From an uncultured Chloroflexia bacterium (GTDB lineage Bacteria; Chloroflexota; Limnocylindria; QHBO01): a stretch of 64,000 bases of DNA. A program made the translations under genes and the position numbers. The stretch covers positions 439,453 through 503,452 of the forward strand of contig CAWEDO010000001.1 of NCBI GenBank assembly GCA_963807915.1, given 5' to 3'. The notes under the pieces were generated by a model. That model was not told the origin of the DNA and made no database searches. It saw only the letters and a list, made by a program, of their open reading frames with translations. This document shows positions 1 to 9,379 of this stretch, one piece after another (within the stretch, counting starts at the first letter, position 1; the number at the start of each line of letters is the position of its first letter).

Positions 1-884
1 TCGGCCGGCTGGGCGTATGGGGCCACCTCGACTCGCTGCCCATTGACGCCGCCCGAGCCTACGCCAGACGCGTCGACGAGCTCGGGTTCGGCACGCTGTG
101 GGTGCCCGAGACCGTTGGCCGCGAGCCATTCACGCTGCTCGGCCTGCTGGCCGGCGAAACCAGCGAGATCCGCATCGGCACCAGCATCGTGGGGATCTGG
201 GGCCACGACGCGCAGACCACGCGGATGGCGGCGGAGACGCTGCACGAGGCCACCGGCGGCCGGTTCGTGCTGGGGCTGGGCGTGTCGCATCCGCATCTCG
301 CCGAGAAGCTGCGGGGACACGCCTACGACCGGCCCCTCACCCGGATGCGCGAGTTCCTGGCGGCCTACCGGGCAGCGGTCTACCGCGGGCCGATGGCGGA
401 GGGGGCGGACGACCCACCGGTGCTGCTCGCGGCCCTGCGGGCACGGATGCTCGCCCTCGCGGCCACCGAGGCGGATGGCGCCTTTCCGTACCTCGTCACA
501 CCCGAACGCGTCACCTGGACCCGCGGCGAGCTCGATGCCGCGAGCCCGGATCGGCGCCCGATCCTGGCAGTCTCGATGCCGGCGGTGCTCGAGTCCGATC
601 CGACCGCCGCTCGGCAGGCGGCTCGCGCCTACCTGGGGCCGTACCTGCGCACCCCCGCCTACCAGGCATGCTGGACGGAGCAGGGCTTCGATCCCGCCGA
701 CTGGGAGAAGCCGGGGAGCGACCGCCTCGTCGACGCGATGGTCGCCCACGGCGACGTCGAGACCCTTCGCATGCGCGTCGCTGAGCTCGTGGCAGCGGGC
801 GCCGACCACGTCGCGGTGATCCCTCTCGCGCCCGACGGCACGACGGAGCATCTCCCCGTTCTCGAGGCGCTGGCAAGAGGCTAG
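1..884 (+). CDS. Luciferase-like (LLM class, probably F420-dependent) flavin oxidoreductase; 5' end cut by the window edge
   Basis: Frame-3 translation from nt 3 (GRLGVWGHLDSLPIDAARAYARRVDELGFGTLWVPE...) runs without a stop into ORF 102..884. The motifs are typical of luciferase-like monooxygenases. Its stop overlaps the stop of the convergent MFS gene. Confidence 0.7.
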   Translation, partial: GRLGVWGHLDSLPIDAARAYARRVDELGFGTLWVPETVGREPFTLLGLLAGETSEIRIGTSIVGIWGHDAQTTRMAAETLHEATGGRFVLGLGVSHPHLAEKLRGHAYDRPLTRMREFLAAYRAAVYRGPMAEGADDPPVLLAALRARMLALAATEADGAFPYLVTPERVTWTRGELDAASPDRRPILAVSMPAVLESDPTAARQAARAYLGPYLRTPAYQACWTEQGFDPADWEKPGSDRLVDAMVAHGDVETLRMRVAELVAAGADHVAVIPLAPDGTTEHLPVLEALARG

Positions 885-2143
885 GCGGGCGCTTCTGCCG
901 CTTCGGGTGCCTCCACCCAGCGCACCTCTCTCACCGCTCGCACGAGCAGCACGCCGTAATTGGCGAGCAGTCCGAGTACGGCTGCCCCCACCAGCGTCAC
1001 GGTCAGCCCATAGGTTGCCGCAAGGGGTCCCGCCAACAGGAAGCCCAGCGGCTGGAAGATGAGCGACACGAGCCAGTCATAGCTGCTCACCCGCGATCTG
1101 GCATGGTCCGGCACGTGCTGCTGGAGCATCGTGTACCACCACGTATTGGCGAGTTCGATTGCGATCAGCGACAGCATCGAGGCGCCCGCGATCAGGAGGA
1201 CGGGCAGTGGACCTACTAGCGCCAACGCTGGCAGCGATGTTGCCGCCATGATCATGAAACCGGTCATCAGCGGTCGTCGCGGGCGAAGGCGCAGGGCCAG
1301 GACACCGCCGATGACACCGCCGATCCCCCCGCCGGTCAGGATCAGGCCCCAGGCCGCGGCCCCCCCGAGGTGCTGCTCCGCCACGACCGGCCCAAGGATG
1401 ATGAACGGCGCCCCGGCTACGTTGCTCACCGCAAACGTGCAGATGGCGGCGACGATCCACGGGCGAGCGGTCACTTCGCGCCAGCCACTGGCGAGCTCCG
1501 CGAAGAACGGTTGCGGTTCTGCGGATCTTGCCTCGCGCGGTACCGGGCGGAGCAGGAGCAGGGAGATCGCGCTGACCACGAACGTCACAGCGTCGATCAG
1601 GAAGACGATGCCGACGCTGTGGAAGAGCGCAATCAAGGCCCCGGCGAGGGGGGGACCGAAGATGCGGGTTCCGTTGCGCGACAGTCCGATGAGCGCATTC
1701 GCCTGCTGCAGTCGCCCGGCGCTGACGGTCTGCGGGATCAGGCCCAGGCTCGCCGGCCCGAAGAATGCTCCCGCCCCGCCGATCACCGCCGCACCTACGG
1801 CGATGTGCCACACCTGTGCCGTCCCACTGATCAGCAGCAAAGCCAGGATCACCTCGGCGACGCCACGCACGATGTCGCAGGCAACCATGACGAGCTGTCT
1901 CGGCAGTCGATCGGCCCACACGCCGCCGGCCAACACGAGGGCGACGTTCGAGACCGTGAAGGCCGCAAAGACGATTCCCAGATCGGCCGCCGAGCCACCG
2001 ACCTGCAGCACCGCGAACGCGACCGCCACGAAGATCAGCGCGTCGCCAGCAGCGGACGCGGTCTGGCCGATCCACAGCAGACGGAACTGTGGCTCCGTCA
2101 GCGCTCCCAGGCGCCCGACGGGCGTGTTCGGCTCTGCCGTCAT
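881..2143 (-). CDS. MFS transporter (DHA3 / enterobactin-exporter-like)
   Basis: The real start is the internal Met (MTAEPNTPVGRLGALTEPQFRLLWIGQTASAAGD...) of the over-long ORF 881..2527. It has about 12 TM segments and MFS motifs (GxLaDRlGRR-like). The start overlaps the GNAT stop by 4 nt. Confidence 0.8.
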   Translation of the reverse strand: MTAEPNTPVGRLGALTEPQFRLLWIGQTASAAGDALIFVAVAFAVLQVGGSAADLGIVFAAFTVSNVALVLAGGVWADRLPRQLVMVACDIVRGVAEVILALLLISGTAQVWHIAVGAAVIGGAGAFFGPASLGLIPQTVSAGRLQQANALIGLSRNGTRIFGPPLAGALIALFHSVGIVFLIDAVTFVVSAISLLLLRPVPREARSAEPQPFFAELASGWREVTARPWIVAAICTFAVSNVAGAPFIILGPVVAEQHLGGAAAWGLILTGGGIGGVIGGVLALRLRPRRPLMTGFMIMAATSLPALALVGPLPVLLIAGASMLSLIAIELANTWWYTMLQQHVPDHARSRVSSYDWLVSLIFQPLGFLLAGPLAATYGLTVTLVGAAVLGLLANYGVLLVRAVREVRWVEAPEAAEAPA

Positions 2144-2676
2144 TGCTGGCGCGCCTCCCACTCGGTCCGGCCGATGCCGTAGACCAGCACGCGATGACCC
2201 CGCAGCTCGGTCTCGCCCCGATGCGTCTCGCCAAGTCGCGTGGCAACGGCGATGGAAGCGGTGTTGTCCGGGTCGATCAGGCTGATCAGGTCGTCGAATC
2301 CGATCTCCTCGAAGCCCCAGCCCATGGCGGCGCCTGCGGCCTCGGTCGCGTAGCCCCGGCCCCACCACGTGCGCCCGAGCAGATAGCCGACCTCGGGGCC
2401 CGGCCATTCCGCAGGGTTGCTGATTCCCGCGCGGCCGATGACACGGCCGCTGCCACGGTCCTCGATCGCCCACTGCCCGTAGCCGCGCATCGCCCAGTGA
2501 CCGAGCCAGCCGGCGACCGCACGCCACGTGTCCTCGTGGCTTGGCAGCTGTCGGTCACCCACGTAGCGCATGACATCGGGGTCCTGCGAGAGCTCGAAGA
2601 ACGCGCCCACATCGGCCTCCCGGAAGGACCGGAGGGTGAGTCGCTCGGTCTCGATCGTCGGGATCGCCAGCTGCAT
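2140..2676 (-). CDS. GNAT family N-acetyltransferase (RimJ/RimL-like)
   Basis: MQLAIPTIETERLTLRSFREADVGAFFELSQDPDVMRYV... plus an acetyl-CoA-binding region. ATGA overlap with the downstream MFS gene suggests translational coupling. Confidence 0.75.
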   Translation of the reverse strand: MQLAIPTIETERLTLRSFREADVGAFFELSQDPDVMRYVGDRQLPSHEDTWRAVAGWLGHWAMRGYGQWAIEDRGSGRVIGRAGISNPAEWPGPEVGYLLGRTWWGRGYATEAAGAAMGWGFEEIGFDDLISLIDPDNTASIAVATRLGETHRGETELRGHRVLVYGIGRTEWEARQQ

Positions 2677-2714
2677 CCGGGGATGATGCCGCAGGCGCCT
2701 CCGCACGCGCCGTT

Positions 2715-3974
2715 ATGATCCGCGCGATGTCGCCGCCCCCCACGCCCGAGATTGAGCGCCACCGTTCCCGGGCGCTTGCGACCTACTTCACGGCGGTGGC
2801 GCTGACGAGCATCGCCTACATCGCCACCTTCACGGTTGCCTCGATCGCGGCCCCCGGCATGACCGGGTCCGCCGGCTCGAGTGGGTGGCCGAGCGCGATC
2901 GCCGTCGCGGGAACGGCCCTCGCGGCCTCGCTCCTCTCGTCGGTCATGGCCACCCGCGGCCGTCGGGCGGGGATCGTCCTCGGCCTCGGTGTCGCGGTGG
3001 TCGGCGGCGCCCTCGCGGTCGTCGCGGTGATGGCCGAGTCCCTGATCCTCCTCCTCGTCTCCTCCGCACTCGTCGGGTTCGGCAACGCGGCCCTGAACCT
3101 GAGCCGATACGCCGCCGCCGACCTCTACCCGGCGGACCGTCGCGCGGGCGCGCTGGGGTTCGTGGTGTGGGGCAGCACCATCGGCGCAGTGGTCGGTCCG
3201 AACCTGGTCGCGCCTGCTGGCGCCATCGCACCCAACATCGGCCTCCTGCCGCTGGCTGGCGGCTTCGCGATGGCGTTCGCCTTCCTGCTCGCCGCGCTGG
3301 CGGTGGCGGCGCTTGGCCCGCGTGCCCCGGTCCAGCCCCACCTCGATGAGCCGGCTCGGGCAGTCGGATCGGTTCGAGCCTCCCAGCGCGGGCTCCTGCT
3401 CGAGCTGATGCGGAAGCCGCAGGGTCGCACCGCCCTCGTCGCCCTGGTGACGAGCCAGCTGGTCATGACGCTGGTGATGACCATGACGCCGTACCACCTG
3501 CATGCCGAGGGCCATGGCCTGGAGACGGTCGGGCTGGTCATCAGCGCGCACACCCTGGGCATGTTCGCCTTCTCGCCGCTGTCGGGCCGCCTGACCGATC
3601 GATTCGGCGCGAACGCCATGATCCTTGCGGGGTTCACCGTGCTTGCGGTCTCAGGCATCCTCGCCGCCGTCATCCCGGACAGCGGCGTCGGCCTCGCGAT
3701 CCCGATGTTCCTGCTGGGCGTCGGCTGGAACCTCGGCTTCGTGGCCGGCAGCTCGCTCCTCGCCTCGGAGGCGCCGCTCGGCGACCGAGCGCGGCTGCAG
3801 GGCGCCAGCGATGCCCTGGTCTGGGCGACGGCCGCGGCGGCCAGCTTCAGCTCGGGCTACGTCGTCGCGACGGCGAGCTTCGCCTTCCTGGCCGCGATGG
3901 GGGCTGGCGTTGCGATCGTCCTCGGATTCGTGGTGATCCGCAACATGCGCGTGGTTGGAGCGGCCACGGCCTAA
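2715..3974 (+). CDS. MFS transporter
   Basis: 419-aa polytopic membrane protein, Gly/Ala-rich TM helices, MFS fold. Clean ATG start. Stop overlaps the convergent DLH gene. Confidence 0.75.
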   Translation: MIRAMSPPPTPEIERHRSRALATYFTAVALTSIAYIATFTVASIAAPGMTGSAGSSGWPSAIAVAGTALAASLLSSVMATRGRRAGIVLGLGVAVVGGALAVVAVMAESLILLLVSSALVGFGNAALNLSRYAAADLYPADRRAGALGFVVWGSTIGAVVGPNLVAPAGAIAPNIGLLPLAGGFAMAFAFLLAALAVAALGPRAPVQPHLDEPARAVGSVRASQRGLLLELMRKPQGRTALVALVTSQLVMTLVMTMTPYHLHAEGHGLETVGLVISAHTLGMFAFSPLSGRLTDRFGANAMILAGFTVLAVSGILAAVIPDSGVGLAIPMFLLGVGWNLGFVAGSSLLASEAPLGDRARLQGASDALVWATAAAASFSSGYVVATASFAFLAAMGAGVAIVLGFVVIRNMRVVGAATA

Positions 3975-4648
3975 GTCAGGTTCTCGCGCAGGAAGGCGAC
4001 TGTGCGCGCGTAGACGAGCTCCGCGGCCTCGGCGTCGAACTCCGGCCGGTCCGGCTCCGTGAACCAGTGCTTCATGCCCGGGTAGACATGCGCGGTGCTG
4101 CCGTCGGGGAGCGGCTTCGCCCCGGCCGCCTCGGGAGATTCGACGAACTGGTCGTTCTCGGCGAAGTGGCCGAGGTAGGCCGCTCCGCCGGGACCCTCGT
4201 AGACGTCGCTGTAGATCGAGACGAAGGCAGCGACGTCCGAGCGCTCCGACGCCACGCTGCTGCCGTACCACCCGCCAAAGCTCAGCGCGACGATGCCGGC
4301 TCGGTCGCCACGCGCGTCCGGGTGTGCGAGCAGTGCGTCAAGGGAGGCCTTGACCCGTTCCATGATCCGGTCCGGATTCAGGCCGCCCGGCCCGCCACCT
4401 CCCTGCTCGATCGCCGTCGTGAACGCCTCCGCGTCCTGGATGGTGGTCAGCACGGTGCCGTCGAAGAGGTCTGGCGCCATGACCGTGAAGCCGTCGCCGG
4501 CGAGTCGGTCGGCCAGGTTGCGCAGGTCCGTATTCAGGCCCCACCAGCTGTGGAGCAGCAGGACGGGAGCGCCGGGCGACGGTGTCGCCGTGGCGAGGTA
4601 GATATCCGCGCCCCCGGCTCCATCCTCGATGCGAATCGTCTCTCCCAT
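3971..4648 (-). CDS. Dienelactone hydrolase family alpha/beta hydrolase (tandem paralog 1)
   Basis: Internal start MGETIRIEDGAGGADIYLAT... inside ORF 3971..4993. Contains HSWWG, the nucleophile motif LSFGG and HWF near the C-terminus. About 60% identical to the adjacent gene. Confidence 0.75.
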   Translation of the reverse strand: MGETIRIEDGAGGADIYLATATPSPGAPVLLLHSWWGLNTDLRNLADRLAGDGFTVMAPDLFDGTVLTTIQDAEAFTTAIEQGGGGPGGLNPDRIMERVKASLDALLAHPDARGDRAGIVALSFGGWYGSSVASERSDVAAFVSIYSDVYEGPGGAAYLGHFAENDQFVESPEAAGAKPLPDGSTAHVYPGMKHWFTEPDRPEFDAEAAELVYARTVAFLRENLT

Positions 4649-4652
4649 GCCG

Positions 4653-5312
4653 CTAACCGAGGTGTTCGCGCAGGAAGTCCACCGTGCGCTGGTAGGCCAG
4701 CTCGCTGGCGTCGCGGTCGAACTCCGGCCGGTCGTCCTCGATGAACCAGTGCTTGGTGCCGGGGTAGACGTACGCGGCGCTTCCCTCACCGAGCGTCTTC
4801 TCGAAGTCGGGCACTGCGGCCGAGTCGTCGAATTCATCGTCCTCGGCAAAATGGCCGAGGTAGGCGATGCCATCGGGCGCCTCGAAGATGCCGCTGTAGT
4901 ACATGACGACGGCGCCGATGTCGGACCGCTCGCCGGCGACTTCGGTGCCTTCCATCGCGCCAAAGCTGAGCCCGATGATTCCGGCGCGGTCACCGCGAGC
5001 GTCCGGGTGGGCCAGGAGCTGGTCGAGCGCCGCCAGGACGCCCGCTCGGATGCGCCCGCCGTCCGCCTCGGTGAGTGACCTGACGTTCGCCAGCGCTTCG
5101 TCCGGCGTCGTCAGGATCTTTCCCTGGAACATGTCCGGGGCCATGACCGTGAAGCCGTCGCCGGCAAGGCGGTCGGCCAGGTCACGGATCGTCTGATTCA
5201 GTCCCCACCAGGGATGGAGCAGGAGGACCGGTGGTCCAGGAGCTGGCCTGGCAGGTGCGAGGTACGCGTCGGAGTCGCCAAGTGCTGACTTGATGCGGAT
5301 CGTTTCTCCCAT
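4653..5312 (-). CDS. Dienelactone hydrolase family alpha/beta hydrolase (tandem paralog 2)
   Basis: MGETIRIKSALGDSDAYLAP...LSFGAM...HWF. Full-length paralog lying 4 nt upstream of paralog 1. Confidence 0.8.
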   Translation of the reverse strand: MGETIRIKSALGDSDAYLAPARPAPGPPVLLLHPWWGLNQTIRDLADRLAGDGFTVMAPDMFQGKILTTPDEALANVRSLTEADGGRIRAGVLAALDQLLAHPDARGDRAGIIGLSFGAMEGTEVAGERSDIGAVVMYYSGIFEAPDGIAYLGHFAEDDEFDDSAAVPDFEKTLGEGSAAYVYPGTKHWFIEDDRPEFDRDASELAYQRTVDFLREHLG

Positions 5313-5372
5313 CGTCCAACCTTAGCAGCGTCTACATGACAGGTCCTGACAGGTTCCAGGGACTTCCACTAG

Positions 5373-5388
5373 TAGAACATACGTTCTA
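5373..5388. promoter_or_regulatory. LexA (SOS) operator, Cheo-box type: palindrome TAGAACATACGTTCTA, 15 nt upstream of the dnaE2 start
   Basis: Perfect 14-bp palindrome AGAAC-ATAC-GTTCT fits the Gram-positive/Chloroflexi LexA consensus GAAC-N4-GTTC. It sits in the 90-bp gap directly upstream of the error-prone polymerase gene. Confidence 0.6.
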
Positions 5389-5402
5389 TCATTCGTCGTC
5401 CA

Positions 5403-8400
5403 ATGGACACGCCGGACGACTACTGCGAGCTCCACGCGCACTCCAACTTCAGCTTCCTGGACGGGGCCAGCCATCCCGAGGAGCTGATCGCGCGGGCCGC
5501 GGTGCTGGGCATGCCGGCGCTGGCCGTCACCGATCACGCGGGCCTGTACGGCGCGGTCCGCCTGTCGAAGGCGGCCGCCCAGACCCGGACCGATGAAGCC
5601 CGGGACGCCGGCCTCTCGCCGGTCACTGCCATCATCGGCATCGAGCTGACCATCCCCCGCGATGAGGGCGAGCTGCGCCTGGCCCGACGCGGACGGAAGC
5701 TCAACGACCCGTTCCGCGGCGAGCATGCGAGCCGAGGCTGGCCGGGGGAGCTGCATGCCGGCCCGATCCCCGGCGATCACCTCGTCCTGCTGGCCCGCGA
5801 CGCCGCCGGCTACACCGCCCTGTCGCGCCTGGCCAGCCGTGGCCACCTCGCCGGCGAGAAGCAGTTCCCGATCTTCGCGCGGGAGCTGGTCGAGGCGGGG
5901 ATCGACGAGGGGCGTGGCCACCTGATCGGTCTCTCCGGTTGCCGCAACGGGGAGGTGCCACGCCACCTGCTCGCCGGGGAGCGGGACGCCGCCAACGAGG
6001 CAGCGAAGCGCTGGGCGAGCTACTTTCCGGAGGGTGACTTCGGGGTGGAGCTGTCGCACCACCTTGAGCCCGATGACGACTGGCTCGTGGCGCAGCTCGC
6101 CGAGCTGGCGGAGGCGGCCGGGCTGCCGACGGTGGTCACCAACCAGGTGCACTACGCGACGGCCGGAGGCCATCGGCTCCAGGACGTGCTGGTCTGCATC
6201 CGCCACGGTGCCACCCTGGACGAGGCGCGCGAACTGCTCCTCCCCAACGGCGAATACCGGCTGAAGGGCGCGGACGAGCTGGTCACCATCGGCGCGGGGC
6301 TGCCGGACGCACACGCCCGGCGGGCGTGGGCCAGCGGCATGGCGCAGGCAGCCGCCATCGGCCAGTCCTGCGAACTCGACCTGAACTTCGAGCGCTATCG
6401 GTTCCCGGGCTTCACGGTCCCCGAGGGAGAGACGCCGTTCTCATATCTCTACCAGCGTGCACACGAGGGCTTACGGGTCCGTTATCGGCCCATTACCAGG
6501 CAGTCGGTGAAGCAGCTGGCCCACGAGCTGGAGATCATCGAGCGCACCAACCTGGCCGAGTTCTTCCTGATCGTGTGGGACCTGATGGAGTTCGCGCGGA
6601 CGAACGGGATCATCGGCCAGGGGCGGGGGAGTGCCGGCGACTCGATCGTGGCCTATTGCCTTGGCATCACCAAGGTCGACCCGATCGCCCACAAGCTCCT
6701 CTTCGAGCGCTTCATCAACGAGGCGCGGACGCTGCCGGACATCGACATCGACTTCGACGTCAACCGGCGCGAGGAGGTGATCCAGTACCTCTACAACCGC
6801 TACGGCGAGGACCACTCGGCCATGGTCTGCACGGTGATCACCTACCGCGCTCGGTCGGCGGTGCGCGAGGTGGCCAAGGCGCTCGGCTTCCCGCTCGAGG
6901 CGGTGGACCGCGTGGCCAAGGCGCTGGACACGCGCGACGCCTCGGACGTCGCCCGCGACCTGGCGCTGGACGGCGGCTTCGGCTGGCTCTTCGAGGAGGC
7001 CGGCCTGGACATGGCCGCGGAGGCGATCCCGCCGGGTCGGGATGGCCGGGGCCAGACCGATGCCGCGCCGGGCGCCGTCACGCGTCAGCCCTCCCACTCA
7101 CCGTGGCACGGCTCCGCGCGACCCTCGCTGGCACTCCCATTGCGCCCTGACCTGGCCGATGCCGAGGCGCGTGCCCGTGACGCCGCCGGTGACCACGACG
7201 GGCGGCCGTACAGCGAGAGCGGCTGGGTGCCGCCGAAGCGACCGAGCGTGCTCGACCAGTCGGTGGTATCGGTCAAGCACGAGGGCTGGCAGCAGAAGCG
7301 CTACGGCCCCGGCGGCCTGAAGCTGCCCGAGCCGCGCGATAACGGCACGCCCGGACCCTCGAGCGATCGGCCCGCCGTGGTGCGGGTGGACCCGGAGAGC
7401 GGGATGCCGATCGAGGAGCGTCGCCGGCCAAGTGTCCTGCCCGCGATGCATCAGGTGAATGAAACCGCACCGGAGACGGGCTTCCCGCAACGCCCCATGC
7501 GCGGGGTGACTGAGACAACACCGGAAGGGGCCGATCCGCGCGATTTGATGCACCCGATGAATGAGTCCTCCGCGCACGCCGCTCCAAGGAACCGCTGGCA
7601 GTGGCTCCTCCAGCTCTGCGGCGAGATCGACGGCTTCCCGCGCCACCTGGGAATCCACGTCGGCGGGATGCTCGTCACCCGCACCCCGCTGATCGACCTC
7701 GTCCCGATCGAGCGCGCCACGATGCCGGGAAGAGTGGTGACCCAGTACGACAAGGAGGACATCGAGGCGCTGGGCCTGGTGAAAATCGACCTCCTCTCCC
7801 TGCGCACGCTGGGCGTGGTCAGCGAGTGCCTCGACAAGATCGAGCGCGACACGGGGACCAGGATCGACCTGGACGCACTTCCCCACGACGACCCGGAGGT
7901 CTTCAAGACGATCCGCGCCGCCGACACGGTCGGCATGTTCCAGATCGAGAGCCGCGCCCAGATGCAGGCACTCCCCAAGTCAAGGCCCGAGCGCTTCGAG
8001 GACCTGGTGGTCCAGGTCGCGATCATTCGTCCCGGCCCGATCCAGGGCAACGCGGTCCACCCCTACCTGCGCCGCCGCGCCGGAACCGAGCCGGTCACCT
8101 ACCTCCATCCAAGCCTCGAACCGATCCTCAGCGACACCCTGGGCGTGATCCTCTACCAGGAGCAGGTGATGCAGATCGCGATCGAGGTGTGCGGCTACAC
8201 CGCCCTCGAGGCGGACATCTTCCGCAAGGCGATGGGGTCCCATCGGTCCCACCAGAAGATGCAGGCCGAGCGCGATCGGTTCGTAGGCGGTGCCATGCGC
8301 ACCGGCCTCAGCGAGGAGGACGGCGAGGACCTCTTCAAGCGCTGCTCGGCCTTCGCCGAGTTCGGCTTCGCGCGGGCCCACGCGGCGGCCTTCGCCAAGA

Positions 8401-9344
8401 TCACCTACGACACCGCCTGGTTGAAGCAGCGCTACCCCGCCTACTACTACGCCGGCGTCCTCAACAACCAGCCGATGGGCTTCTACTCGCCGGCCGTGAT
8501 CGTGGGCGACGCCAAGCGGCACGGCGTGAACGTGCTGCCGGTCGACGTCAACCAATCGCGCTGGGAGCACGAGGTCGAGCCGCTGCCGGACGGCAGAACG
8601 GCGCTGCGGCTGGGGATGCGGCAGGTCAAGGGGATCGACGAGAAGGCGCGCGAGACGCTCGAGGGCGAGCGCGCCACCGGTCCGTACACAGGCGTGCGCG
8701 ACTTCGTGGCGCGCACGGGTCAGGGCGAGCAGGTGGTGGAGCGGCTGATCGCGATCGGGGCGTTCGACTGGACCGATGTGCCCCGCCGCGAGCTCCTCTG
8801 GCAGCTGCGCAGCACCCTGGCCGATGCCAACCCCGCGCGTCCCGCGCTGGGCCTCACCGACGACGCGCAGCGCGAGCTCGGGGCGACGCTGCCGCCGATG
8901 ACCTTCGCCGAGCGGGTGGCGGCCGACTACCGGGAGCTGGGCCTCTCGCCAACCGCCCATGCCGCGGAGCTCTTCCGGGAGCGGCTCACCCAGCGGGGAG
9001 TGGTCCCCATCGCCGACGCCGGGAAGCGGCGCAACGGATCGCGGATTCGACTGGCGGGGCTGGCGGTCAGCATCCAGCACCCGATGACGGCCAAGAACTT
9101 CGTCTTCATCGCGCTGGAGGACGAGACCGGCATGATCAACGTCACGGTGCGGCCGCAGGTCTACACCGCGCACCGGGCGATCCTGCACCGCAACCCGCTG
9201 CTCGTGATCGACGGCATCCTCCAGGTCGAGGGCGAGGTTCTCAATGTGGTGGCGCGGGCCATCCACCCGGTTGCCGCGGTGATCGCCGAGGAGGCGAGGG
9301 AGACGCGGATCGAGCTGGCCAGGCAGCAGCGCATGTTCCGCTGA
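5403..9344 (+). CDS. dnaE2: Error-prone DNA polymerase DnaE2 (ImuC-type Pol III alpha paralog), carrying a ~185-aa low-complexity insertion
   Basis: N-terminal PHP domain (HAHSNFSFLDGAS..LAVTDH), Pol III alpha palm and fingers, and a C-terminal OB fold. It ends right after the OB fold with no tau-binding tail, and it has the LexA box upstream. 1313 aa against the usual ~1050-1100. Confidence 0.8.
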   Translation: MDTPDDYCELHAHSNFSFLDGASHPEELIARAAVLGMPALAVTDHAGLYGAVRLSKAAAQTRTDEARDAGLSPVTAIIGIELTIPRDEGELRLARRGRKLNDPFRGEHASRGWPGELHAGPIPGDHLVLLARDAAGYTALSRLASRGHLAGEKQFPIFARELVEAGIDEGRGHLIGLSGCRNGEVPRHLLAGERDAANEAAKRWASYFPEGDFGVELSHHLEPDDDWLVAQLAELAEAAGLPTVVTNQVHYATAGGHRLQDVLVCIRHGATLDEARELLLPNGEYRLKGADELVTIGAGLPDAHARRAWASGMAQAAAIGQSCELDLNFERYRFPGFTVPEGETPFSYLYQRAHEGLRVRYRPITRQSVKQLAHELEIIERTNLAEFFLIVWDLMEFARTNGIIGQGRGSAGDSIVAYCLGITKVDPIAHKLLFERFINEARTLPDIDIDFDVNRREEVIQYLYNRYGEDHSAMVCTVITYRARSAVREVAKALGFPLEAVDRVAKALDTRDASDVARDLALDGGFGWLFEEAGLDMAAEAIPPGRDGRGQTDAAPGAVTRQPSHSPWHGSARPSLALPLRPDLADAEARARDAAGDHDGRPYSESGWVPPKRPSVLDQSVVSVKHEGWQQKRYGPGGLKLPEPRDNGTPGPSSDRPAVVRVDPESGMPIEERRRPSVLPAMHQVNETAPETGFPQRPMRGVTETTPEGADPRDLMHPMNESSAHAAPRNRWQWLLQLCGEIDGFPRHLGIHVGGMLVTRTPLIDLVPIERATMPGRVVTQYDKEDIEALGLVKIDLLSLRTLGVVSECLDKIERDTGTRIDLDALPHDDPEVFKTIRAADTVGMFQIESRAQMQALPKSRPERFEDLVVQVAIIRPGPIQGNAVHPYLRRRAGTEPVTYLHPSLEPILSDTLGVILYQEQVMQIAIEVCGYTALEADIFRKAMGSHRSHQKMQAERDRFVGGAMRTGLSEEDGEDLFKRCSAFAEFGFARAHAAAFAKITYDTAWLKQRYPAYYYAGVLNNQPMGFYSPAVIVGDAKRHGVNVLPVDVNQSRWEHEVEPLPDGRTALRLGMRQVKGIDEKARETLEGERATGPYTGVRDFVARTGQGEQVVERLIAIGAFDWTDVPRRELLWQLRSTLADANPARPALGLTDDAQRELGATLPPMTFAERVAADYRELGLSPTAHAAELFRERLTQRGVVPIADAGKRRNGSRIRLAGLAVSIQHPMTAKNFVFIALEDETGMINVTVRPQVYTAHRAILHRNPLLVIDGILQVEGEVLNVVARAIHPVAAVIAEEARETRIELARQQRMFR

Positions 9345-9379
9345 TTGACCGCTCTGGTCGGGTTCCGTACGGTGACGTC

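Noticed and set aside
5322-6314. Long antisense and out-of-frame ORFs throughout the track (e.g. 5322..6314 -, 7980..9578 -, 10301..11263 -, 12981..15653 -, 15617..16438 -, 24010..25170 -, 25729..27735 -, 35678..37561 -, 44758..45486 -, 63616..63957 -)
   Set aside because: At ~70% GC, stop codons are rare in non-coding frames. These ORFs give Arg/Pro/Gly/Ala-rich low-complexity translations with no family motifs. Each overlaps a gene whose other-frame translation matches a well-known family, so they are shadow ORFs.
7030-7590. Whether the ~185-aa insertion in DnaE2 is an intein
   Set aside because: It has no intein block-A Cys/Ser at the N-terminal junction, no TxxH block B, and no terminal HN before Cys/Ser/Thr. 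The segment is low-complexity and Pro/Arg/Gly-rich, more like a disordered linker.
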